From assembly GCA_964493895.1 (NCBI GenBank), contig CAZBPY010000001.1, positions 91,233-155,232 of the forward strand: a stretch of 64,000 nt of DNA, written 5' to 3'. Below, in pieces: positions 42,879 to 52,478 of this stretch. This DNA comes from an uncultured Candidatus Saccharibacteria bacterium (GTDB lineage Bacteria; Patescibacteriota; Saccharimonadia; Saccharimonadales; JAGQNJ01). A model generated the notes under the pieces. It was not told the DNA's origin and did not search any database. It was given only the letters and a program-made list of their open reading frames with translations. The position numbers and the translations under genes are program-made. Numbering within the stretch: position 1 is the stretch's first letter; each line of letters begins with the position of its first letter.

Positions 42879-43964
42879 ATGTCAATGAAAAAACATTCTA
42901 GTACTAGAGCCAAATCCTTATTTTTTCTGCCATTGTTTCTGTTTGCTTCTATTTGTGCTCAGCTGATTATCATAGCTCCGCCGGCCGAGGCTATTGATTC
43001 GATTCAGTTGCGGGTCATCAACAAAACTGAAATCACCCTGGAGAATCTAACCTTCTCCAGAATAGACTATGATAATCTAAATTCATCTATAAAAGATGTC
43101 TGGGGCGATGCCAGTGCCGCTCAGGCTGGACTCCGCGAGTTGTATTCCGGCAAAACTTTTCTTGATTCAGATATTTGGGACTCTGAAGACGATTACCGGG
43201 TTACAGTTGAGCGTGCCGGAGAGAGCTGCGAAGGAGAAATAGATTATGATGTTCCGTATAAGGCGGGTGGATCAATAGATTTTACTGTTAGATTGCGAGT
43301 TCCCCTGGGAAACGGGTCTTGTCCAGTTATAACTACAAGAAATGATCGCATCTCCGTATCAAATCAGGGAAATCTTATTCGAGCATTTACGTGGCTGGAT
43401 GAGACCACTATGCGTCCGTATCAACGGCCAAACACGACCTACACCAAAGACCCGAATCGAGCTGGAAGATACAATAATGACCTAGAAGAAGGCCGAGGCG
43501 CCTGCCGTGACTTTGTTGAAACAATTGATTTCGAAAATGGTACATTCTCGATGTTTAGAACCACATTTGGTCCGGACGATGGGGGTGAGTGTGAACTGTG
43601 GAACCCGTGGATTGGCGAAGCAACCACCATGCCGATTAAGATTTCCAATTTGGAAGCCCGCAGCAACCCGCCCGGCACAGGACGAGACAATGCCGATGAG
43701 GAGGGCGAAGAAGAAACTCCATCATGTGAAAGCGAGAACCCGGGCATCAGCTTAAGTTGGTTTATTTGCTCGGTAATCCAGTTTTTAGACAATACAGTCA
43801 CGGGGTTGGCTGGAGCCGTCGAGCAACTCCTGGAGGTCGACAGCAGCTATTACAGTGACAATCGGCTGCGTAGATCGTGGTCGTACTTTAGAAATATAGC
43901 CAGCTTTATGTTGATTCTGATTGGGTTGGTCATGATAATCGGGCAGGCGGTCAGTAAGGAATAG
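42879..43964 (+). CDS. Secreted/cell-surface protein with C-terminal membrane anchor (T4SS locus, unknown role)
   Basis: Signal peptide LFFLPLFLFASICAQLIIIAPPAEA, several Cys pairs, an acidic patch, and a C-terminal TM helix FMLILIGLVMIIGQAV. The start could be 42831 or 42879. Confidence 0.55.
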   Translation: MSMKKHSSTRAKSLFFLPLFLFASICAQLIIIAPPAEAIDSIQLRVINKTEITLENLTFSRIDYDNLNSSIKDVWGDASAAQAGLRELYSGKTFLDSDIWDSEDDYRVTVERAGESCEGEIDYDVPYKAGGSIDFTVRLRVPLGNGSCPVITTRNDRISVSNQGNLIRAFTWLDETTMRPYQRPNTTYTKDPNRAGRYNNDLEEGRGACRDFVETIDFENGTFSMFRTTFGPDDGGECELWNPWIGEATTMPIKISNLEARSNPPGTGRDNADEEGEEETPSCESENPGISLSWFICSVIQFLDNTVTGLAGAVEQLLEVDSSYYSDNRLRRSWSYFRNIASFMLILIGLVMIIGQAVSKE

Positions 43965-43966
43965 TT

Positions 43967-45769
43967 ATGTTTGATGCTTATACCGTCAAAAAAGTCCTGC
44001 CGCGCCTAGCCATTGCCGTGATTTTAATCCAGCTATCTTGGTTTATTTTCACTGGCATGATCACACTGACGACTGCTATCGCCTATGGTGTGGAGGGGCT
44101 GATTTATTCTCCGTTCGGCGGATCGGGTGAATTTACCCTTTCAGCATTACTGGGTGCAGCAACTCCATCGGCTGGAATAACCGGCGGCGGAAACGGTTTG
44201 TTCTTCTATGCAGCGGTTGCAGGCGGGGCTGGACTAGCACTCTTCGGAGGACTGGGGGTAATTCTAAGCCTGGTAGCCACAGCCTTTATTGCCATTTTAA
44301 TGGGTTTTGCTCTTCTGATGTTCCGACAGATTCTAATTGTTGCTTTATTGTTAATTTCCCCCATTGCATTGGTTGCCTGGATCCTGCCCAATACTGAAAA
44401 GCTTTGGAAAATGTGGTGGGAAAGCTTTAGTAAGTTACTAATAGTGTTTCCCATGATTGTTGCCCTGATTGCAGTTGGTCGAGTGTTTGCCTTCCTGACC
44501 TCTGGTGTTCGTCCGGGCGAAGCCGCCGACAACCTGTTGAGTGACATAGGTGTTGACACTATTATACGGTTGGTATTTGTCGTCCTTGGATTCTTTGGGC
44601 CTTACTTCTTGATTCCAAAGCTGTTTGTCCTAGCCGGCAGCGCCTTCGCCTTCTTTGCCGGTATGGCCAATGATCGCAGCCGCGGCGTCTTTGATCGACT
44701 CAAGAAGGGCCGCCAGCAGACAGCAGCCAAAAAACTTCAAGATCTGAGAACAGGTGAAAGATTTAAGGAGCGTACCCGGTTCGGAAGTAGGCTAAATGCT
44801 ATCAGCCGAGGAGTTGCCACTGGCCCGCGCGGACGTTTCGGGCTTGGACAAAGAGGGAATGCGGCTACAAGTAATGTGACTAGCCAGGCAGCCGATGCTT
44901 TTAAGCAAACTGATACATTCAAAACAAATGCCAATAATGACCCCTTGTTGCAAGCCTTGGCATCGGGAAGTAGCCATGGCGAAGCTGTTAGAAATCTCCA
45001 GCGAACTTTCGGATATAGTGAGGCAGAAGCACAGCGCTTGGCTAGAGAGGCTGGTGCGGTGTTCGGGGGATTCTCACAAGCTAAGCAGGTCGCTGCTGCT
45101 GAACAGTTAGTTGCAACCGGTACCGGCTACTCTAACAATCGACAGATGGTGGAGACGCTTGCAACTGCCTCCGGAGGCAACACAGCCCTTGCCAGTCGCT
45201 TGTCGGGTTATAGTAATGCGACGGCTAAACAGGTGGGGCGATTTGATTTGGCTCCTGGTTTTACCCACCTTAACGACTTGGTGCATCGTGAAGCGGGAAT
45301 TGCCGGATCTTATGGAATGCGTGGTCGGGAAGAAGATGGAGGGGGTGAAAATGCCACAGGTGATCTTAACGCCGCCCCAACTGAGGCTGAGTATGTAACG
45401 GCACGAGTTGAGGGATCAAGAGCCGGCGATCCGGTTACCCTGTTGCGTGGTAAAACCCCGCAGGTTACAGAACTTATGGAGTCGCTTGAGCGGGATATTG
45501 GAAGGAGTTACGCCGTACTTCAGGATCCCGCCTCTACAATCGATGACCGTCAGGCCGCCCAGGCCAAGATTGATAGAGCTAGCCAACAGGCTCATTTACT
45601 GCATAGAAATGTTGAGTTGGGATATGCAAGTGACGCCAACGCTGAAGTGGTTCGACAGTTTATGGGAAGAATGAGTGGAGTTCTTACTGAATCTAGAGTA
45701 CCAGCCCATACACCAGACCCTGATAGCCCCCTGATAACACCGCCAAGTGACGGTACACCAGGAGCATAA
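43967..45769 (+). CDS. VirB6/TrbL-like polytopic inner-membrane channel component
   Basis: About 6-7 TM helices in the first 260 aa, then a 340-aa hydrophilic C-terminal region. Located immediately upstream of the VirB3-like and VirB4 genes, as in Gram-positive T4SS loci. Confidence 0.6.
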   Translation: MFDAYTVKKVLPRLAIAVILIQLSWFIFTGMITLTTAIAYGVEGLIYSPFGGSGEFTLSALLGAATPSAGITGGGNGLFFYAAVAGGAGLALFGGLGVILSLVATAFIAILMGFALLMFRQILIVALLLISPIALVAWILPNTEKLWKMWWESFSKLLIVFPMIVALIAVGRVFAFLTSGVRPGEAADNLLSDIGVDTIIRLVFVVLGFFGPYFLIPKLFVLAGSAFAFFAGMANDRSRGVFDRLKKGRQQTAAKKLQDLRTGERFKERTRFGSRLNAISRGVATGPRGRFGLGQRGNAATSNVTSQAADAFKQTDTFKTNANNDPLLQALASGSSHGEAVRNLQRTFGYSEAEAQRLAREAGAVFGGFSQAKQVAAAEQLVATGTGYSNNRQMVETLATASGGNTALASRLSGYSNATAKQVGRFDLAPGFTHLNDLVHREAGIAGSYGMRGREEDGGGENATGDLNAAPTEAEYVTARVEGSRAGDPVTLLRGKTPQVTELMESLERDIGRSYAVLQDPASTIDDRQAAQAKIDRASQQAHLLHRNVELGYASDANAEVVRQFMGRMSGVLTESRVPAHTPDPDSPLITPPSDGTPGA

Positions 45770-45780
45770 GAGGTTAAATT

Positions 45781-46662
45781 ATGGCCCAGTACAAAGTACT
45801 CCAAGACATTGAAGCTGAAGATAAACTGCTTGGTCCGCTGACTCTGCGGCAGTTTATATATGCCGCTATTGTGGTTGGATTGGGTGTGGTGGCTTGGCAA
45901 CTGGCCCGGGTTCAGTGGCTGTTGATAATACCGTTTATTCCTCCGATTGTTTTTTTTGGTTTGTTGGCAGCACCATTCGGGCGTGATCAGTCTTCAGAAG
46001 TGTGGTTGTTGGCCAAAATTAGGTATTGGGTGTTTCCGCGAAAGAGAATTTGGAACCAAGATGGACTACAAAATCTAGTAACGGTTTCTGCTCCAAAAGT
46101 TGTTGAGAAACATAGAACCAAGGATTTTGACAAAGATGAAGCCAAAAGTCGTCTCAAGGCCCTGGCAGCCACCATGGACAGCCGCGGCTGGGCTATTAAA
46201 AATGTTAACGCTCCAGGCTATCACACAGCTATGCAGCAGGGTTCAAGCGATAGGTTATTGCAGCTAGATGTGGTGCCGCAAGAGGATTTAGCGGCCGTCA
46301 AACCTGATGCTGATGTTCTGGATCCGAACGGCACGCCGTTGGCTCAATCTATTGCTAGTCAGCAAACTCAAAATGAACAGGCTCATCGGCAGGCTATTTT
46401 GCAAAAAATGCAAGATATTAGCACTCAGCAAAAGGCAGCCCAGGCCAATTTGCCGGCATTGCCGGCGGCTCCGGTGACCAGAGCAGCACCTAAACCAGCT
46501 CCAGCCCCTGTTAGTGCCCAGCCTTTGCAGCCGGTGACACAGCCCCAGGCGCCTGCTATACTGAAAGAAGTCAAGTCACCAAAACCGGCATCAGAGTTGC
46601 GGCCTCAAGAGATCGCTAAAAATGATGACGAGCCTGACGAAGTAGTTATTTCATTGCACTAG
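45781..46662 (+). CDS. PrgI/VirB3-like small membrane protein with Pro/Ala/Gln-rich C-terminal extension
   Basis: N-terminus YKVLQDIEAEDKLLGPLTLRQFIYAAIVVGLGVVAW plus a second TM helix matches the PrgI-family pattern. Confidence 0.65.
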   Translation: MAQYKVLQDIEAEDKLLGPLTLRQFIYAAIVVGLGVVAWQLARVQWLLIIPFIPPIVFFGLLAAPFGRDQSSEVWLLAKIRYWVFPRKRIWNQDGLQNLVTVSAPKVVEKHRTKDFDKDEAKSRLKALAATMDSRGWAIKNVNAPGYHTAMQQGSSDRLLQLDVVPQEDLAAVKPDADVLDPNGTPLAQSIASQQTQNEQAHRQAILQKMQDISTQQKAAQANLPALPAAPVTRAAPKPAPAPVSAQPLQPVTQPQAPAILKEVKSPKPASELRPQEIAKNDDEPDEVVISLH

Positions 46663-46703
46663 ATTCGGGCAAAAGGTACGGCGAACTTGGTGGGCAAACA
46701 AGC

Positions 46704-47678
46704 ATGAATCCATCAGACCAACAATCACCACAAACACCGGCACCTGGCCAACCAGCAGCGGCGCCCCAACCAGCACCGCAAATGCCGCCAGCGCCCCAAG
46801 CCTCAGGGCCAATCCCGCAACCACAACCGGTAGCCAATTTACCTCTCCCAACTCAACCTCAGGCCCAAGTACCAATACCGACTGCAGCTGCCTCAGCTCA
46901 AGCAGCGCCTGCCGCCCAGGCCGGCGGTAAAAGTGCTAAACCAAAATCCAATCCTACCAGCACCCAAAATATGCTGCAAATTGCCGAAATCCGTGATGGT
47001 ATTGTCATTATGGAGGATGGTTCGTTCAGATCGGTCGTGATGCTTAAATCGATTAACTTTGATCTGATGAGCCCGCAGGAACGTGAAGGAGTCGAAACCG
47101 GCTATCAGGCGTTCTTAAACTCGCTGTACTTCCCGATTCAGATTTTCGTCCGCTCGCAAAAGGTTGATATCCGACCATATATAGAAAAACTAGACAAAAT
47201 CCGCAGCGAGCAAGATAACATGCTGTTGGCGCTGTTAATGGAGGATTACATTAATTACATCGGTGAGCTGTCGACTCAAACCAACATCATGGACAAGACT
47301 TTTTACATTGTGATTCCGTTTTTCCCTAAGGCTGATGTCCAAAAAGCCATCACTCAAAGTAAGAACTTTTTCAGCGGTCTCAGTGGGATTTTCGGCAAGA
47401 AAGCCGATTCGGCGATTCGCGTCAACGAAAAAGACCTGGAAGACGCCAAGATCGAACTTCGCAACCGAGTCCAGGCAGTTTTGGGCGGTCTTCAACACTG
47501 TAGTGTACCTGGGGTGCCGCTTGATACTCAGGAACTTATCGAGCTTTACTATGATTTCTACAACCCTGATACAGCCACTCGTCAGCAGCTGAAAAGTTTT
47601 GAGGATCTGGGCGCCACGGTGATAACCAAAGGCCAAGGACAGGCTCCGCAACCCCACCTAGATAAGGAGTTGGTCTAG
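46704..47678 (+). CDS. VirB4 N-terminal-domain-like protein (separate cistron, same frame as the VirB4 ATPase)
   Basis: After a 90-aa Pro/Gln/Ala-rich tract comes LQIAEIRDGIVIMEDGSFRSVVMLKSINFDLMSPQEREGVETGYQAFLNSLYFPIQIFVRSQKVDIRPYIEKL. This is the pattern found at the extreme N-terminus of single-chain Gram-positive VirB4/TcpF/Orf16-type ATPases. Confidence 0.6.
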   Translation: MNPSDQQSPQTPAPGQPAAAPQPAPQMPPAPQASGPIPQPQPVANLPLPTQPQAQVPIPTAAASAQAAPAAQAGGKSAKPKSNPTSTQNMLQIAEIRDGIVIMEDGSFRSVVMLKSINFDLMSPQEREGVETGYQAFLNSLYFPIQIFVRSQKVDIRPYIEKLDKIRSEQDNMLLALLMEDYINYIGELSTQTNIMDKTFYIVIPFFPKADVQKAITQSKNFFSGLSGIFGKKADSAIRVNEKDLEDAKIELRNRVQAVLGGLQHCSVPGVPLDTQELIELYYDFYNPDTATRQQLKSFEDLGATVITKGQGQAPQPHLDKELV

Positions 47679-49622
47679 ATGGCTTTGTTTGGGGATAAAA
47701 AAGCCGTTACTGATCCGGTAGCCTTGGCTGAGGCACAGCGCCGGCGGGAACAGGCCGAAGTTAGCGAAGCCTTTCAAAAGGGTGTCACCGCTTTACGCGA
47801 TTTCATTGCGCCTAGCTCTGTCGAGCTCAATAGTCGTTATTTCCAAATCGGCACCCGATTGGCTAGAACATTTTATGTTTTTGGTTATCCTAGAACTCTG
47901 AATACTGGCTGGCTCAGCAGCATCATTAATATCGATGAAATCCTTGACTTGTCGATGTTTATTTATCCGGTAGAAAGCCAGGTAGTCCTGGAGAATCTGC
48001 GCAAGAAAGTCAGCCAATTGGAAGCTGGAATTCAAATTGATGCTGAAAAGGGCCGGGTTCGAGATCCGGGCAAGCAGGCCACCATTGTCGACGCCGAAGA
48101 GATGCGCGATAAATTACAGGTTGGTGAAGAACGCTTCTTCCGGCTGGGCTTTTACTTCACGATTTACGCCGACAGCATAGACGAGTTGGACTTCGTGACT
48201 CACAAAGTTGAGTCAATGTTGGGCCAGCAGTTAGTCTACTCCAAGGCTGCTACCTCTCAACAAGAACAAGGCTTAGCCAGTACCGTACCGCAGTTCATGG
48301 ACCAACTGCAGATTCGTCGTAATATGAGCACCGGCGCCCTGTCGACCAGCTTCCCATTCACCAGTGCTGATCTTAGCCAAGATGACGGAATCTTGTATGG
48401 CATCAACATGCACAATTCCGGTCTGGTAATATTTGACCGCTTTTCATTGGAGAACGGCAACTCGGTAGTGTTTGCTAAGTCCGGGGCCGGTAAGTCATTC
48501 GCTGTCAAGCTGGAGGCCCTGCGCAGCATGATGTTCGGCACCGAAATTGTGATTATCGACCCGGAAAATGAATACCAAAGAATGGCCGAAGCTGTCGGCG
48601 GCGCCTATGTCCGGCTGAGCCTAAACTCAGCCACCCGAATCAACCCGTTTGACCTGCCGAAGGTAGTCGATACCGAAGAAGCCGATAACGCTCTGCGCAG
48701 TAACTTGATTACCTTGCACGGATTATTGCGTCTAATGATGGGCGGGGCTCAGGCTCAAATGGCAGCTAGTTCGGTATCTGGAGGAGCTGTCGCTCCAGCT
48801 CTGACCCCGGTCGAAGAAGCTGACCTTGATGCGGCCCTGATTGAAACTTATGCCAAAGCCGGTATCACTAACGACCCTCTGACCCACAACTCGCCGCCGC
48901 CGACAATTGCTGATCTGTATGATACCCTGCTGCATATGGGCAACACCGGTCCGCAACTGGCTCAGCGGTTGCGTAAATACACCACAGGCACCTTTGCCGG
49001 CATTTTCTCGCAGCAGTCCAACATCAGCATTGATAACCAGATGGTGGTGTTTAACATTCGTGACCTTGAGGATGAGCTGCGTCCGGTAGCTATGTACATT
49101 GTGCTTAACTATATCTGGAATACTACCAAGTCTGATCAAAAGCGCCGGATGCTGATTGTTGACGAAGCCTGGCAGCTTATGAAGTATGAAGATTCAGCTA
49201 ATTTTATGTTTTCTTTAGCTAAGCGAGCCCGTAAGTATAACTTAGGTATCACTACAATTTCTCAGGATGTTGAAGACTTTATCGCCTCTAGGATGGGGCG
49301 GGCAATTGTAGCTAACGCTTCCATGCAATTGCTTTTGAAGCAGTCCCCGGCAGCAGTAGATCTGCTGGCTGAAGTGTTTAAACTCACCAGTGAAGAGACA
49401 GCCCGTTTGACCCAATTTCCGGTTGGCCAAGGTCTATTCTTTGCCGGCCAAAACCATGTCCATATTCAAGTGATAGCCAGCCCGACAGAGACTAGTCTGA
49501 TCACCACTAACCCCGGTGAGAATATTCCACCAGTCACCGGCGAGATTAACGAAACTCAGCCGCAAGGAACAATAAATTTGGGAGGCCAAGGTCTGGGTAA
49601 CCTGGGTGTGGCCGGGTTATAA
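47679..49622 (+). CDS. virB4: VirB4-family T4SS ATPase
   Basis: Walker A VFAKSGAGKSFAVK. Walker B RRMLIVDEAWQLM. Middle-domain pattern FIAPSSVELNSRYFQIGTRLARTFYVFGYPRTLNTGWL. AAGGAG lies 9 nt upstream of the ATG. Confidence 0.9.
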   Translation: MALFGDKKAVTDPVALAEAQRRREQAEVSEAFQKGVTALRDFIAPSSVELNSRYFQIGTRLARTFYVFGYPRTLNTGWLSSIINIDEILDLSMFIYPVESQVVLENLRKKVSQLEAGIQIDAEKGRVRDPGKQATIVDAEEMRDKLQVGEERFFRLGFYFTIYADSIDELDFVTHKVESMLGQQLVYSKAATSQQEQGLASTVPQFMDQLQIRRNMSTGALSTSFPFTSADLSQDDGILYGINMHNSGLVIFDRFSLENGNSVVFAKSGAGKSFAVKLEALRSMMFGTEIVIIDPENEYQRMAEAVGGAYVRLSLNSATRINPFDLPKVVDTEEADNALRSNLITLHGLLRLMMGGAQAQMAASSVSGGAVAPALTPVEEADLDAALIETYAKAGITNDPLTHNSPPPTIADLYDTLLHMGNTGPQLAQRLRKYTTGTFAGIFSQQSNISIDNQMVVFNIRDLEDELRPVAMYIVLNYIWNTTKSDQKRRMLIVDEAWQLMKYEDSANFMFSLAKRARKYNLGITTISQDVEDFIASRMGRAIVANASMQLLLKQSPAAVDLLAEVFKLTSEETARLTQFPVGQGLFFAGQNHVHIQVIASPTETSLITTNPGENIPPVTGEINETQPQGTINLGGQGLGNLGVAGL

Positions 49623-49658
49623 TAGCCCTTGTGGTAAACGACAAAAAAGAGAGAAACC

Positions 49659-52475
49659 ATGACACCAAATAGTCCCTCTGGTGGCGGCGTTTACGACCCG
49701 GAAGAAAAGTCCCGGGAGCGCACTCGACGCTTGTGGCGACGAAGCGAAGAAAAAGACCCCCGCAAAAAGCGCATAACTGACAAGGCGTCAAGCCCTCAGC
49801 AGCTATCAAGGGCCGAGAGGGCCGCCGCCGACAGCCTTAGAGCCATTGCTGATTTGAAAGATGAAAAAGCTAAGATTGATTCTGGTGTTGATGATGACGG
49901 GTTTTACGATGAGAAGTCTCCGCGCCGGCGAAAATGGTCTCGCCGCAAGAAAATGGTTACCGGTGGTGCCGGAATTATCGGCGGCGGCGCCATTGGCATG
50001 CTGCTAATGGGTATTGGCCCGTTTCAATTTATTCACTTAGCCCAAAATCTGCAGGACTTCCACTTTGGCAATAATGAATCTATGATGGATGGCCGGGTGT
50101 CACGAATTATCAACTATGGCAGACATAACCGGCACCGCGGCAACTTGGGAATCATCGGCAACCAGGTCGCCGACATTTATGAACGTAAGTTGGCTCGTGC
50201 CGGTCTCCGAGCTGATTACCGTGATCCGGTGACTGGGCGACCAACTCGAGCTATTCAGTCATTCAATATAGATGTTGATTCTCCGCAAGGTCAGAAAGTG
50301 CTCGCTGACCTTAGGGCTAACGGGGTCGATATCCCCGACCCAACACCAGGCACCAGAACCATAAACATTCCGTTGCGCAGGCGGGGGAGTAACGCCTTAA
50401 GCCGCAGCATTATCCGGTCCAGCCTTAAGTCACTGGGCATAAATAGTGTTTCTAGCTGGATGGGGGGACGGCTGCTGATTACCCGGGGAGGCGTAAGCTT
50501 TCACCGGTTGTCTAATAAGGCTAGGGAGGTTGGTGAGGGTATACGTGACTATTTCCGGCGAACCGATACCGAATATCGTGAAAGTACTGCAGACTACACC
50601 AGTGACGGATCGCAAAACTTGCCGGATGATGCCAGGAGACCAGCAGAAAATCCTGATGACCCAGATGGAGATAACGTCAGACAACAAGCTGGAGCCGAGG
50701 GCGATAAGATTGTGGTGCCGGGAGATCCGGAGGCTACGGCTGGTAGACTAAGGGGTGTTCTTACCAGTGCAGGGTTGGGCTTATTTGGCTTTGCTACTTT
50801 AGTTTGTGCTCTTGATAGTTTTGGTGACGGTATTGGAGCAATTATGCACGCCAATGTAGTTTTGCCGTTGATGCGAATTGGAGTTGGCACAGCTATTTCA
50901 ATTGGCAATCAGGTTATGGCTAATCAAGATTTAAACGCCTACGAATTGGGCGCAGCCTCTAGGCAGTTGTGGGACAGCGAATCTGGATCGTGGGCCGCCG
51001 CCAAAAGTATTCAAGCCGAGTGGGGGGTACCAGACCCGGGTGGACCCGATATGCCTGAGGCCGCTAAACCAGGGAAAGATAAGCCGGCGTTTTTCGAGAC
51101 GATAGACTCGGTGGTCAGCGATATTCCAGCCGGAGAGCAAATCTGTGACTTTCTAACCAGCCCGGCCGGTGAGGTTATAGGTTTTGGTGCTGATGCGATT
51201 GCGGCGGCATTTTCTGGTGGTCTGTCGGGTGTGGCTGTGTCTGCTGGTGGAGAGTTGGCCGGCAATATTGCCGGTAGGGCCGCTGAGCCCTTCATTCAAA
51301 ACATGGCAACCTGGTTGGCTGGTGACCCAGTTGAAGAGTTTGCTCAGGGGGCACTATTTGGCAACTACGCTAACTACGGAGCCCGTTTGGGGGCTAACGA
51401 CAATGCCCTTAGTATGGGCGGAGCTGAGCTTAGCAACAGTGAGGTAGCCGCTCTTGATGCTGAAAGGCAATCGGCTTATAAAACCCGGTTGCAACACAAG
51501 GGCTTGTACGCTCGACTATTTGACCCATACGAGCGTGGATCACTGGTAGCAACAACGGTTTTACGTAATCCGAATTTGTCCGGGCCTCAAGCAGCTGCCA
51601 CTGGCGTAGCCCGTATGCCAATGACATTCTTGTCCCAACTCGGCAGTACCTTTAGTAATCTGTTTGTTCCAAAAGCCCAGGCCTTAAATGTTGCCAACTA
51701 TGATTATGGTTTTCCGGAATACGGCTTTTCATTAGATCTACAGAACGACCCGCGATACGAAGACCCGTTTGATAATGCTCAGAAGGTGGAGGACTATGGC
51801 CTTAAAAAGCTCAATGATGATTATGGTGACTGTTTCGGTACCACCATCACTGACGATGGCAGCATTGTGTCTGAAGAGTCTAGGCGCATGGACGAGATTG
51901 ACGATGGTTGTAGCGATAACTCCAATGAAATGCTAGTCAGGTACAGATTTTATATCGCTGATACAGTCGCCGCCAAGTCGATGGCTTGCTTTAATAGTAT
52001 TGATGAGGGAGCTTGTTCAGAGCTGGGATTCCAGAGCAGCTCGAGCGATGATGGCGGTGATACTCCTGATGGCTTGGTTGGCCCAGAAGACATTGTTGAT
52101 ATCCCCGGTTTAGATCCTGGTCAAGGGTGTCATAAGAGCATTGCCGATGAGGTTCGTCGTATGATCGAAGATGCCGGAAAGGCTGGTGTAACTCTGACCG
52201 GGCATTGCTGGCGCAGCCCAGAAGAGCAAATTGAGCTGCGCAAAAAAAATTGCGGCACAACACCATACGATATTTATCAGAAACCATCTAGTGAGTGCAA
52301 CCCGCCAACGGCTATCCCTGGAACTTCTAATCATGAAAAGGGCCTGGCTATTGACTTTGATAACTGCAGTTCTCGCTCGACTGCCTGTTTCCAGTGGTTG
52401 AATGCTAACGCCGCGCGATATGGTATGTATAACCTGCCGAGTGAGCCTTGGCACTGGTCAGTGGATGGTGGATAG
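49659..52475 (+). CDS. Large membrane protein with C-terminal VanY/peptidase M15-like D-Ala-D-Ala carboxypeptidase domain
   Basis: Basic N-terminus; TM helices near residues 100-125 and 370-410. C-terminus GHCWRSPEEQIELR...IPGTSNHEKGLAIDFD...FQWLNANAARYGMYNLPSEPWHW fits the VanY/M15B zinc-peptidase pattern. Confidence 0.75.
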   Translation: MTPNSPSGGGVYDPEEKSRERTRRLWRRSEEKDPRKKRITDKASSPQQLSRAERAAADSLRAIADLKDEKAKIDSGVDDDGFYDEKSPRRRKWSRRKKMVTGGAGIIGGGAIGMLLMGIGPFQFIHLAQNLQDFHFGNNESMMDGRVSRIINYGRHNRHRGNLGIIGNQVADIYERKLARAGLRADYRDPVTGRPTRAIQSFNIDVDSPQGQKVLADLRANGVDIPDPTPGTRTINIPLRRRGSNALSRSIIRSSLKSLGINSVSSWMGGRLLITRGGVSFHRLSNKAREVGEGIRDYFRRTDTEYRESTADYTSDGSQNLPDDARRPAENPDDPDGDNVRQQAGAEGDKIVVPGDPEATAGRLRGVLTSAGLGLFGFATLVCALDSFGDGIGAIMHANVVLPLMRIGVGTAISIGNQVMANQDLNAYELGAASRQLWDSESGSWAAAKSIQAEWGVPDPGGPDMPEAAKPGKDKPAFFETIDSVVSDIPAGEQICDFLTSPAGEVIGFGADAIAAAFSGGLSGVAVSAGGELAGNIAGRAAEPFIQNMATWLAGDPVEEFAQGALFGNYANYGARLGANDNALSMGGAELSNSEVAALDAERQSAYKTRLQHKGLYARLFDPYERGSLVATTVLRNPNLSGPQAAATGVARMPMTFLSQLGSTFSNLFVPKAQALNVANYDYGFPEYGFSLDLQNDPRYEDPFDNAQKVEDYGLKKLNDDYGDCFGTTITDDGSIVSEESRRMDEIDDGCSDNSNEMLVRYRFYIADTVAAKSMACFNSIDEGACSELGFQSSSSDDGGDTPDGLVGPEDIVDIPGLDPGQGCHKSIADEVRRMIEDAGKAGVTLTGHCWRSPEEQIELRKKNCGTTPYDIYQKPSSECNPPTAIPGTSNHEKGLAIDFDNCSSRSTACFQWLNANAARYGMYNLPSEPWHWSVDGG

Positions 52476-52478
52476 GTT

